Shown: positions 39,379 to 51,057 of the stretch, in pieces
How positions within the stretch are numbered: position 1 is the stretch's first letter
How the letters are laid out: each line of letters starts with the position of its first letter
Source of the DNA: Octopus sinensis
Taxonomy: Eukaryota
Assembly: GCF_006345805.1 (NCBI RefSeq)
Contig: NC_042998.1
Span: 32,302,001-32,366,000, forward strand
Direction of reading: 5' to 3'
DNA: 64,000 nucleotides
Program-made: the position numbers and the translations under genes
The notes under the pieces: model-generated
Databases searched by the model: none
Seen by the model: the letters and a program-made list of their open reading frames with translations, nothing else
Told to the model about the DNA's origin: nothing

Positions 39379-40330
39379 GTCTCATTGGTAACCCCTTGGA
39401 ATCAAGGAATATTTTCTGCCAGTTTTAATGTCTGCAGACCTGCATAAGGCATTTGTAAGCCAATGTAGGTTTGACAAATGCAGCTGCAGACTAGGCATTT
39501 AGTAGCCCCATGAGAGAACGGTTGCACTGTTTTCTGTGCACACGTTTATCATTGCAATATTTCATTTGTTCTGTGTCAAAGCATTTGGTTCCATTTTAGA
39601 TTAATCATCCTCCCCGCTTCTGCTCTGTCTCTATCTCTCTGTCTCTCTTTCCCTCTCTCTCTCTCTTCTCTCTCTTTCTCTTTCTCCTCACTCTCTGCAT
39701 TGATAAGTATATAAACAAAGAGAGAGAAAGCAATGTTTAGCCCTTTGTCCTTCCTATTGTGCATTATCAACCTGTCATTTTCCATTTAGCAGCTGATTAC
39801 GTCAATAATATTCTCAATAATTCATAACAATATTCTGCAGGTAACTTTAATAAATAAATGACATAAGAATTTCATCTGTTTCAATTTCCTTTTTGTTTCA
39901 ATAATAAATTTAAAAAAAACAATAGAATAAACATACAACAATATCTAAAAAAAAAGGTGATAAATATATAAATAACCATTTTTCATGGCGTAATTCCCTG
40001 TTCACTTCATTAAAATTGCAACTTTAAACAATCATTTTGGTTTTTTTTTTACATCTGCACAAAGCTAAAAATGCAGTGGATGAGCTTGAATAGTTGATTA
40101 TATTAATCCAAGTATTTGACTGGCATTTGTTTTAATGACCCTTAAAGGATTAAAGGATTAAAAATAAAGTTGGCTTCCCAACATGAAGAGCTACAACATG
40201 TGGTACAAAGCACTAGGGTGCAGTGGTTTCCTAACCCTTTTATTTCAATAAGTTTTCTCATGGACCCTTTTTAATATGCTTATCATTATGTATACCCAAC
40301 TACATACATACATACATATGTATGATAGAT

Positions 40331-40500
40331 CGGTAGCCAATACACACATTTATTTTTCTCTCCTTGTTTTGTCCCTTTCTGTAGAAGAGCGTAGGCTCGA
40401 AACGTAAAAGACTTTTTCTTTTCCTGAGCATCATACTAATGCATCTATTTGTTTTGTACGCCACCTGTATTCGTCTTTTGTTTTTTTCGTGAACTCCCCC
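40331..40500 (+). mobile_element. Short PLE-terminus-like element with minimal HHR-like motif (40375-40410)
   Basis: CTTT-CTGTAGA-A-GAGC-gtag-GCTC-GAAAC-GTA-AAAG (A6 replaced by T); inserted in (CATA)n. Confidence 0.6.
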
Positions 40501-40540
40501 TACATACACACATACATACATACATACATACATACATACA

Positions 40541-40586
<46 letters not shown>

Positions 40587-40942
40587 ATATATAAATAATA
40601 TATAGATATATGCATATATACATACATATATGTACATACCTACATATATATGTATATATACAGGCATATATGGGTACAGGACATCAAAAGAACATTGAAT
40701 ATAATGAAAAACGAAAACATGAAAACAAAAACATAGAAAACGAACATTTTTGGGGAACAACGAAAAAGCAAACAGAAATGAGACATACAACATAAAGAAT
40801 ATTCCCCTTCTTCAGTTGTCCCTGTTTCATCTACACCATGTTTTGAAGGCAAGGACAATACGTGACTTCATTGAAAAAGTTCTTCCCGCAAAGCAAATTA
40901 AATAAAATTTGGGATTTTTTGCAGAGGGTGAAAGTGGTAACA

Positions 40943-41026
40943 AGAACAGGACAGTGAGAACAGGACAGTGAGAACAGGACAGTGAGAACAGGACAGTGAG
41001 AACAGGACAGTGAGAACAAGACAGTA
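40943..41026 (+). repeat. 14-bp minisatellite (AGAACAGGACAGTG)x6
   Basis: Five exact units plus one variant, no spacers. Confidence 0.95.
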
Positions 41027-41506
41027 AAAACAAACGGAGAGGGGCGTTAAGCCAAGACGATACAAACATTATTATGAACGCTAGGAAGATGAGCTTATGA
41101 GAGGAGACAGCATAAGCATGTTTTGTATTTATATATATATACACATAAAATTTTGAATTTAGTTCACGGTCCACCCAGTACTACCTCTGCAGACCCCAAG
41201 GGTCCGTGAACCCCAGGTTGGGAACCACTGCCCAAGTGCTTTAAGTTATTTTGTTTCAGTGATTTTACCAATCTACCATCATAAAAATTCCTCCCAACCC
41301 AAACAAGACCACTCCTGATTCTGAAAACCATCCATAAAAAAAAAGGGGGACAGTCACTACTGGATCACATATCTGCTTGATCTTGGTTGGCCTGGGGATT
41401 GACAATATGAACACAAACACCACAGGAATTGACAAAGGAGGAGCTTTTACATGGTCACTTTATTTGGTAGAAATAGCAGTTAAATATTTCTCAAATTAAA
41501 ATATAT

Positions 41507-41925
41507 AGGCACAGGCATGGCTGTATGGTAAGTAGCTTGCTTATCAACCACATGTCTCTGGGTTCAGTCCCACTGTATGGCACCTTGGATAAGTGTCTTC
41601 TACTATACCCTTGGGCTAACCAAAGCTTTGTGAGTGGATTTGGTAGAATGTGGAAACTGAAAGAAGCCTGTCGTTTATATATGTATATATCTGTATGTGT
41701 GTTTGTTTGTGTGTCTGTGTTTGTCCTCCCCAACATTGCTTGACAATCGATGCCGGTGTGTTTATGTCCCTGTAATTAAGCGGTTCGGCAAAAGAGGCCA
41801 ATAGAATAAGTACTAGGCTTACAAAGAATAAGTCCTGGGATCAATTTGTTCGACTAAAAGCAGTGCTCCAGCACGGCCACAGTCAAATGACTGAAACAAG
41901 TAAAAGAATGAAAGAATAAAAGAAT
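41507..41925 (+). mobile_element. SINE family A, full length
   Basis: Homology to 1878-2430. Confidence 0.9.
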
Positions 41926-43143
41926 ATACCCTCTTAAAAATGGAAAGACACCTTAAATAATGAAATACAAGTTAACATTAAAAATTATGGAATGGTTATT
42001 GTTATGATGTATTATTCCTCAGTTTTCTTGAATCGATCACGATTGACCTGGGGTTAAACAATGGTAATGATAACAACAACATGAACATCATTGATATGAT
42101 ATTTCAACTTGTTGTAAACTATAGCCAATTCTGCTTTAAATCGGGCCCTATTATCTTAGAAAAAGAAGGAAAGGAGCATTGGATGACTGAATCTGTTAAT
42201 AAGCTGGAATGGATATATGTTGCAAGGCCTTTAATAGTAAAGTCTGCAAGACAATAATAATAAGATCCAAGCCAAACATAAAACCTGTGCACCATCACCA
42301 ATATGGTGTCAGGTAATGCCACATAAGTGCTATGGACAGACTATAGTTAACCTCCAGGTTCGATGATTATGATTATGAATGAGGAGTCCAACGTAGGTCA
42401 TGTATTAGCATGCATACATATAAAAAATTAACAGAATGAGATAAAGAATCCAAGGCTATGCAAGATATCAGAACATTTATAAAGAGCTGTTTCCAGGATA
42501 TTTTATATCTCCCTTCATCAGAGACGGTGGGAGAAAATATTTAAGTAAGTTGTTACAGAGAAGATATGAAATACAGAGTGAAGTGGAGGAATGAAAACAG
42601 ATGAGAGATAAGTAAAGATATTGTATCTGCAGTTCCATTATTTAAGCAGAATGGTGTATATGTAAGTTTCCTGTACCATGTGTGTGAGTTCCAATGGTGT
42701 TTATAATTGGTCATTCCAAGCATAGAGTCTTGTAAGCAGTGTTATTCGATCAAGAGTTTTTTGAAGTGACTTAAAAGTTGAGACAGAGATAAAGAAGCAT
42801 TGATCAAAGAACAAACATCAAATTCAAGTCAATGACTTTATATATAACACTACGCCTCCAAAAACGTTTGATCATATATAAGTATTACTATGGCTCTTAA
42901 ATTTATAAAGTATAAATATATAAGAAAGCACAGGAGGTAAAAAATACCCCCAACATCGCTTGACGACCAATGCTGCTGTGTTTACATCCTTGTAACTTAG
43001 CGGTTCAGCAAAAGTGACCGATAGAATAAGTATAGGTTTACTAATAATAAGTCCTGGGGTCGATTTGCTCGACTAAAGGTGGTGCTCCAGCATGGCAACA
43101 GTCAAATGACTGAAACAAGTGAAAGAGCAATGAAAGAGTGATA

Positions 43144-43440
43144 TCTTTATATATAAAAGTCAAGTTGTGTGTCTGTCGCCTACGATTTAGATTCCTAACT
43201 ACTCCCACATTTTGCGGTGCAGTTTAACCAAAACCGGGTATCTTATAGTCGTGATTCATATCGAGCCCTTCTGGGTATTAGCGCGCGTCTACAATGAGTC
43301 TACGATTTTAAAAAAAATTTACCATCATTTTTTTTCCATTTTTAAAGGATTTTTTTGCTATTTTTTGGCCATAACTCTCTAAAAATGCTTATATAGTTAT
43401 TTCCCTTACAAACCCGAGCAACGCCGGGCGATACTGCTAG
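43144..43440 (+). mobile_element. Non-autonomous Helitron
   Basis: A|TC 5' end, subterminal GC hairpin CCCGAGCAACGCCGGG, CTAG|T 3' end, no TSD. Confidence 0.88.
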
Positions 43441-43615
43441 TATATATATATACGATGGACTTCTTTCAGTTTCCATCTATCAACTCCATTTCCAAGTTTT
43501 TGATTGGTCCAAGGATACAGTAGAAGGCACTTGTCCAAGGTACCATGCAGTGGGACCGAACCCAGAACCATGTGGTTGGGAAGCAAACTTCTTACTATAC
43601 TGCCATGCCTGCATC
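43441..43615 (-). mobile_element. SINE family A, 5' half
   Basis: Reverse-complement homology. Confidence 0.8.
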
Positions 43616-44334
43616 TATGTGGCCTAAGTATGTTGGTTTCTATTTGCACACAGTATTTAGTAGACTTGGTAAGTTACCCAGTTGGTCTTGAATGTATGAA
43701 TCAGTGTCGTAGCAAAACACAACAATAGGAACAAGAAGAAGCCAAGATTAGTTTCAAGAAGTGAGAATATTTAACATCTTCTCACATTGCATTCTACACT
43801 TCGTCTGCTCTGTAGTCCTTAAGTAAGTGGAAGTATGGTTCATCTGAAGCACTAGAAGAGGATAGCTCTAGGTCATTTGGTCAGTCTATTGACATACCTT
43901 AGATTGTGTCTGTTTATTCAGGAAAATCTCTGCTGGCAAAAAACAAAAACAAAAATGTGAAACCAGAACAATAAAGAAGACTTGAAACCATTTGACAGTC
44001 ACAGAAGAAATGTTGTAAATCAACTTCTGATGTTAACCTTTAAGAAACAGCAGAGGCTGTGAGTGGTTTCATGCAATGACAACACACAGGGAAATAATTT
44101 ATTTTCCGGTTTAAATTATTCATTAATCAGCTATTTCATTAAAAAAAAAACAAAAAGAAAACACAGTGAACTAATTGCTTTGGAATGATTTAGAAGTAAT
44201 CAAACAATTAGTTATAATTTTCAGCTTCACAGATTTACCTGAAATTGCTGATGAATTAAAAACACAGGTTTTAAGAATTTCACAAGTTTGTAATGCAATG
44301 ACATAATAAGTCTTGTCAGAACTATGAAACCAAC

Positions 44335-44720
44335 CTTTCCATCTCTTCTCCTTATTCTCCTCCATCTCTTTTCCATCTCTCTTCCTTATTCTCTTCCATC
44401 TCTTTTCCATCTCTCCATCTTATTCTCCTCCACTTTTCCATCTCTCTTCCTTATTCTCCTCCATCTCTCCTCCCTATTCTCCTCCATCTCTCCTCCCTAT
44501 TCTCCTCCATCTCTTTTCCATCTCTCCTCCATCTCTTTACCATCTCTCATCCCTATTCTTCTCCATCTCTTTTCCATCTCTCCTCCTTATTCTCCTCCAT
44601 CTCTTTTCCATCTCTTCTCCCTATTCTCCTCCATCTCTTTACCATCTCTCCTCCTTATTCTCCTTCATCTCTTTTCCATCTCTCCTCCTTATTCTCTTTT
44701 CCTCTTTACTTCCTTGTTCC
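44335..44720. repeat. Pyrimidine-rich minisatellite (CCATCTCT/CCTTATTCTCCT variants)
   Basis: No G on the plus strand over ~380 bp. Confidence 0.9.
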
Positions 44721-44930
44721 GTATTATCATTCACTCATAATTCATGTTTAAAATGTTTATACTCATGTTATTACATATTAGGCACTGGGATAGCTGTGAG
44801 GTAAGATGCTTACTTCCCAACCACATAGTTCTATGTTCAGTACCCCTGCATGGTACCATAGGCAAGTGTCTTCTACTTATAACTTTAGACCTTAAGAAGC
44901 CCAACATATATATATATATATATATATATA

Positions 44931-45287
44931 TTTGGAAAAAAAATCAAGATAGAAAATGCTAAAATAATTTTATAAAAAACATTTCAGTACCAGTTTCAGT
45001 CATTGAGACTTCTTCAACTATAAATATGGAAAACAATTAAATTTTGGTAAAATTTGAACCCACAAAAGTAAACTAGAGAGACAGAGACAAGCAGAAACAA
45101 GGAAAATGCCCCTTGTATTAGAATACTATGCAAATATTCTTTTAAAAAGCTTTTCTTTTAATTTTACCAAAATTTAATTGTATTCCATATTTACAGTTGA
45201 AGAAGTCTCAATGACTGAAACCGGTACTGAAATGTTTTTTTTTATAAAATTATTTTAGCATTTTCTATCTTGACTTTTTTTTCCAAA
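44931..45287. mobile_element. Fold-back element (~125-bp arms), each arm carrying an HHR motif
   Basis: Plus motif 45194-45229 CAG-TTGAAGA-AGTC-tcaat-GACT-GAAAC-CG-GTA-CTG; minus copy 44985-45020; abuts the (TA)n of a decayed SINE A. Confidence 0.82.
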
Positions 45288-45299
45288 TATATCAACTCG

Positions 45300-45550
45300 T
45301 GTGTTCCTTTTCAACCTTCTACATACAGACTGACCACCTGATGTACTTACACTTTAGCTCCATCATAGCGTCTGATGTGGCTTTTTAAACCAGACAATGT
45401 TCTAAAAAGACACCCACACAGATTGCATATCTGATTTGGACCACCAAGAGTTGCAGTTAAGTTCTGCTCTTTGTGGATCTTAAAATGTCTTTTGAGGCCT
45501 CTGTTAGATTTGTAGACCTTATGGCATACACAGCATTGAAAGATGTGCAC
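45300..45550 (-). pseudogene. Two C2H2-like fingers, probably the C-terminus of an RTE-type LINE ORF
   Basis: CCVCHKVYKSNRGLKRHFKIH and CNLCGCLFRTLSGLKSHIRR followed by a stop; no TGEKP linker. Confidence 0.5.
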
Positions 45551-46260
45551 AGATATATAGACAGAATAGTTGGTGGAGGTTCGTATATATCAATGTGCAT
45601 GTGTGTGTGTCATTGTGTGTTTATTCCCAACCACCACTTGAAGACAGTGTTGGTTTATTTATGTCCCTGTAACATAGTGGTTTGGCACAAGAGACTGACA
45701 GAATAGATATCAGTTTTAAAAAATAAAAACTCTTCACAGCAGTGCCCCAGCATGGCTACTGTCAAATGACTGAAACAGGTGAAAGATAAGAGATGAGGGG
45801 ACAGAGATAAAGAGAATTGTCAAACCGATGTAACTGACTGACAACTTGACAAAATATTTATGTTCCTCGATGCAGAACCAAATATTGGTAGAGTGGATGC
45901 AGTCCATGTTCTTGTCTTCAGTATCTGAGTGCAGCTCATTTCATTAACAATCGTATGAAATTCAGTCAGCTTAGAAGCTTTATTCTATGAAGCAAAATTC
46001 TTTAAGACATTTAGATCACTGCTGTAACAGTTTTGCTACCTTGTCGTTCTGTTTCTTTATGACTTCAGTGTAGACTAATGGAAAAGTAGATTGTCACTTG
46101 TCATGTAAATGCCATTATTTTAACCCTATAGCATTTAAGCTGACCATATTAAATCATCTTGGTGTACTCTTATCAGACAGGTAGTTATGCTGGATAGGTT
46201 GGGCTTTTTATATTTTACCCCAGTGTCACTTTGATAACATACACTGCTCTCTCACCCAAT

Positions 46261-46306
<46 letters not shown>

Positions 46307-46320
46307 TAATAATGATGAGG

Positions 46321-46351
<31 letters not shown>

Positions 46352-46765
46352 TGATGATGATGATGATGATGATGATCATGATGATGATGATGATGATGAT
46401 GAAGATGATGAAAATAAATAATGGTTTCTACTGAAATTTGAAGGGAGGGGGCTAGTTGATTACATCGACCCCCAGCGTTTCATTGGTATTTAATTTATCA
46501 ACTCCAAAAGGATGACGGGCAAAGTCAACCATGGCGGAATTTGAACCTGAATGTAGCAATGGACGAAATACCATCAAGCATTTCATGAATTTATTTATTT
46601 ATTAATGTTTTTTAAATACATATTTTACGTGTGTAATCTGGGAATGCATACACTGAGCTTCTCTGCCCTAGGTGTACGGAAAACACTTGGCGAGAAATGG
46701 AAGAAAATTTGAAGAAAGAAGGAAAAAAACAACAACAACAACAACAACAATAATAATAATGATAA

Positions 46766-47150
46766 TGCTTTCTAATCAATTTATCCATACCAGTGGATGA
46801 CAACGTGTCTCTAAAAGAAATGGAGAAACTTTCAAAATACAAAGACCTGGAAATAGATGTAACCAGAATGTGGAATCTAAAAACAGAAACAATTCCTATC
46901 ATTTGAGGTGCATTAGGCATGATAAAAAAATATTCAGACAAATACATAACAAAAACACCAGGACTTACAAACACATATAATAACATATAGAAAATTGCAC
47001 TACTGGGCACTGCACACATCCTTCGCAAAACACTTTCAATACAGTAACTGTAAGAGCATCACAACAAATCACAGCACATACCCAAGGCACACAGAGCTGT
47101 GCTCAGTAGTGAAGTGAAAGCACGATATAAAAATAAAAATACTGAATGAT
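46766..47150 (+). pseudogene. 3' end of R4/Dong-like LINE between (AAT)n tracts
   Basis: CFLINLSIPVDDNVSLKEMEKLSKYKDLEIDVTRMWNLKTETIPII/GALG...TAHILRKTLSIQ* (stop 47045-47047); frameshift and stop. Confidence 0.88.
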
Positions 47151-47157
47151 GATGATG

Positions 47158-47220
<63 letters not shown>

Positions 47221-48229
47221 GCTACAAGAGCAACAACATCAACAATGATTAAAACAGCAACAATAACAAGAACGGTATCTTCAATTATAATAATAAATGT
47301 TTTAGGTTTTGAAAAATAAAATTTTGCATAGAAGCCATTTGTAAGACAACCGTCACTGTTAGAAGAAAGGAAAACTGGGTCACCATTAGTTTTTATGATG
47401 ACCAATCTAATGGGCCACTCAATGGCACAAGCAAAATCATAATATGGACATTTCAAGTAAAGGCTTCCAAATAGTTTCCATTTTCCCAGTTCACTAGGCT
47501 TGGCTTAACCTGATACTACACTAAATGATACTTGCCTAAGATGTCAGACAGTGATATTGAGCCCTGGAGCCCCTTCATGGCAAAGCAAAATTCCCAACCA
47601 CTTAGCCAGAAATAATTCTCTTCAAAGTCACCACTGATAGCAAAATTAAAATTCTTCAAATCTGTATTGCCTCCAAGGCATGAAATATTCTATAATCAAT
47701 GATTCTGGTTCTGCTCATGCTAAATAATGAAAGAGGATACTTTACACTACGTAAAGATTAAGTGTGTGATAAATTCTTAATAAAAAATGTATTGAAATAC
47801 TTCAAAGCATTACCCTTTTGTGTCTTTCTTCAAATGTTGGCATTGACTGTTGGATTTTGTGTCTATCATGATTTATAAATATTAATATCAGCCTTCAAAA
47901 TGGGTGCCAATGTAAACTAAATCTGTCATATCCTTTAAGGGATGCATAAAATAATGGTTAACCTCTTACATTACTTAAGATAAATTCTATAGTCTTACCA
48001 GCAGCATTAATGAGAATATTGATCAACTGACAAATAGAACGATTTGTCTTTTTCCCTCCCAGTTTATAGTGGAAAAACTTTGTACAATCTAAATGTAATA
48101 AGAATCATACAACTGTAGCCCTTAAACCCTCCGACTTGCAAATTTTATGAGTTATTTCTCTATCAGACCTTAAAAACATTATAAATATTGTAGGCGACAA
48201 AACAATTTTAAAAGCTATAATTTAATAGG

Positions 48230-48406
48230 TGCAGGAGTGGCTGTGTGGTAAGTAGCTTGCTTACCAACCACATAGTTCCAGGTTCAGTCAAACTGCATGG
48301 CACCTTGGGCAAGTGTTTACTACTATAGCCTCAGACCGACCAAAGCCTTGTGAGTGGATTTGGTAGACAGACATTGAAAGAAGCCCATCGTATATATGTA
48401 TATATA
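48230..48406 (+). mobile_element. SINE family A, 5' half (host of the HHR module)
   Basis: Head GTGCAGGAGTGGCTGTGTGG; microsatellite continues after 49094. Confidence 0.85.
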
Positions 48407-48507
48407 TACAAATAAATGAAAGAATGGAGTTGAACGACGATTTAACAAAATTCCTTTATTCTCGACATATGTTTCGAAGGCGGCATATTCCTAATTTCGA
48501 AGGATAT

Positions 48508-48553
<46 letters not shown>

Positions 48554-49094
48554 TAATATATATATACATATGAATTTTTAAGTAGTTGAATGAATTATCC
48601 TAGTATGGATAATTCGGTTAACCGATACCTGGGTAGCAAATTCACGTCAGAAAAACACGGTGAAGCTACATGCCAAGGCAGAGATCACGTGCTTTCGTGT
48701 GGAAATTTGTGTGTTTTTAATACAAATAAATGAAAGAATGGAGTTGAACGCCGATTTAACAAAATTCCTTTATTCTCGACATATGTTTCGAAGGCGGCAT
48801 ATTCCTAATTTCGAAGGAATAAGGGGTGCATTATGCTGCCTTCTCATCAGGAGAGACAATCGACATATGTTTCGAAGGTGGCATATTCCTAATTTCGAAG
48901 GAATAAGGGGTGCATTATGCTGCCTTCTCATCAGGAGAGACAAGTTCCTTGTCTCTCCTGATGAAAGCACGTGATCTCTGCCCTTGGCATGTAGCTTCAA
49001 CCGTGTTTTTCTGACGTGAATTTGCTACCCAGGTATCGGTTAACCGAATTATCCATACTAGGATAATTCATTCAACTACTTGAAAATTCATATG
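48407..49094. mobile_element. PLE-derived module: ~130-bp inverted arms enclosing two tandem 84-bp HHR units, plus an upstream 98-bp direct repeat
   Basis: Arms 48567-48696 and 48963-49094; units 48776-48859 and 48860-48943; direct repeat 48407-48504 = 48721-48818. Confidence 0.88.
48774..48854 (-). ncRNA. Canonical type I hammerhead ribozyme motif
   Basis: TCTC-CTGATGA-GAAGGCAGCATA-loop-TATGCCGCCTTC-GAAAC-ATAT-GTC-GAGA: complete core, 11/12-bp stem II, palindromic ACATATGT stem III, GUC site. Confidence 0.85.
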
Positions 49095-49166
<72 letters not shown>

Positions 49167-49659
49167 ATATGTTTGTGTTTGTGTTTAAGGTCAATCTTTG
49201 CCAAGCAGCTTCATTCTGCATGCTTTATGTTCGTTACTATGGCAACAGTCCGGATACCTATTGATCAGACCAATTTAGATTCATGCAGGAAAAAATAATT
49301 GCAACTACAACGATATTAGAATTATGTCTTGGACATGTCAGATAAACAGCAATTTCAATGACAATAAACTGAAGAAATGCTTTCTTGAAGCTTCTTTGGG
49401 AACCTTATAATGGTTGAAATTCAATGCCTTAATAATAATGCTAAATGTTGTCTGCCCCATAATCACATTACAACATTAATTTAGAAGGACAGAGCAATTA
49501 TCTGCTTAAATGATAAATAATACTTTATTATATTACTCAAATTTTGTACATTCCTGTTTTTTTTTCTTTTTGTTATTCAACAGTGAATTAAATGGCTGCT
49601 AAGATTTTAGAAATTTGCATAAACGTTTAGAAAAGTCTGATCCTTCTGTAATCAAATTC

Positions 49660-50113
49660 GATGACTGGCATCCATGCTAGTGGAACACTAAGAGTAGCAT
49701 CCGAGTGTGATCGTTGCCAGAGAAGCTAACAGGCTTCTGTGCCAGTGGCACGTAAAAAGCACCATTCGAGTGTGATCATTACCAGCATCGCCTTACTGGC
49801 ACTTGTGCCAGTGGCACGCGAAAAGACATTCGAGCGAGGTCATTGCCAGTGCTGCTGGACTGGCTCCTGGCATGTAAAAAACACGATTTGAGCCTGACTG
49901 TTGCCGGCACCACCTGACTGGCCCTCGTGCTAGTCACACATAAAAGTACCCACTAAAAGCACCCACTACTCTCTCGGAGGGCGTCCAGCGGTAGAAACAC
50001 TGCCAGATCAAGATTGGAGCCTGGTGCAGCCATCTGGTTCACCAGTCCTCAGTCAAATCGTTCAACCCATGCTAGCATGAAAAGCGGACGTTAAACGATG
50101 ATGATGATGATGA
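49660..50113 (+). mobile_element. RTE-type 3'UTR fragment
   Basis: Internal repeats and (GAT)n tail. Confidence 0.88.
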
Positions 50114-50696
50114 TATATATATATAATTTAAAGTGTATTCCATAAGGAATGTATTAGAGCACCTTTAGAATTACCAAAGAGATGGTAGTATTTGAAGACT
50201 AGGTTTAGGCATTCATCGTGGGGTGGGGATGTATGTGTGTATATATACATGCATATATATGTAGACATATGTGTGAGTGTGTGTGTGTAATAGTGTGCAT
50301 ATGTGTGTCAGTGATTGCATATGTATGAGTATATGTATGAGTGCATTTGCGAAATAATAAAATTTAGCATGTGCAGCCTAACATGTAAAACAAAGTGGAC
50401 AGCCAATGTATACGATGCTGCTCATGTTGAACATGTAGAGGCACGTTGACAGCGAGCAGAATGGCACTGCCAGTGTCTACTAGATTCAAATTGGATGTGT
50501 GAGCATCAAGTTGAAAATTTACTTATGGGGACAGTGATTATATATCACCTGTGGATATACAACTGGATCTCATTATACAGGTAAACCCTTGCTAAATTTA
50601 AATCCTGTGTATATGTGGATGTATGTTCTATCGAAACATGGGTAATGTTTATTAAATAGCTGTCTAAATGTACTTCTTCCTGTTCACTATTTATTC

Positions 50697-50742
<46 letters not shown>

Positions 50743-50908
50743 AAGTTGGTTTGTGAAAGCACGTGGTTGAATATATAGAAAATAGTAAAAATAGTAAAAA
50801 GTGAAAAAACTACAGAAGGCTTGTTTTAAAAGGTTAAAAAATATATATTTGAGTGAATATGTCTGAAGAATGTTATAAATTTTTTTTCCTTACAATGACA
50901 TAGTTTAG

Positions 50909-50948
50909 AAGAAATGACCGGTTTCGCGTTCAACTTTTCAAATTTCTT
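50909..50948 (-). ncRNA. Minimal HHR variant with U3:A8 pair
   Basis: AAGAAAT-TTGAAAA-GTTGAACGC-GAAAC-CG-GTC-ATTTCTT; 7-bp stem I, palindromic ACCGGT stem III, weak stem II. Confidence 0.62.
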
Positions 50949-51057
50949 ACATCGTTATGTTTACGTTTAGAAGAGTTATCGTTATGTTTATGTTGAGAAG
51001 AGTTCTAGATAAGGGGAGGTAATAAGTGATTTCTTCCGGTGTAAGGGAGATAATCGC

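Larger units (their letters stand above)
40221..41230. mobile_element. hAT-like MITE shell with nested insertions
   Basis: CAGTGGTTTCCTAACC ... GGTTGGGAACCACTG inverted ends; 8-bp flanks only 4/8 identical. Confidence 0.5.
38499..42946 (-). mobile_element. ~4.45-kb non-coding insertion bounded by ~550-bp direct repeats carrying HHR-like motifs (PLE pseudo-LTR-like)
   Basis: Repeats 38526-39086 and 42401-42946; 10-bp target duplication CCCCCAACAT; HHR remnants 38615-38662 and 42485-42525. Confidence 0.75.

Noticed and set aside
40785-40860. HHR-like CTGAAGA on the minus strand
   Set aside because: No GAAA after stem II, and the upstream CAAAAC cannot be placed in a convincing topology in this copy.
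40943-41026. CRISPR-like array
   Set aside because: Contiguous 14-bp units without spacers, in eukaryotic context with no cas genes; the same applies to the 184- and 221-bp tandems.
38526-42946. Classical LTR retrotransposon
   Set aside because: 10-bp target duplication, no CA end, no PBS, no gag/pol remnants; kept only as a PLE-like direct-repeat element.
46612-47028. 138-aa minus-strand ORF
   Set aside because: It is the antisense of the plus-strand R4/Dong remnant.
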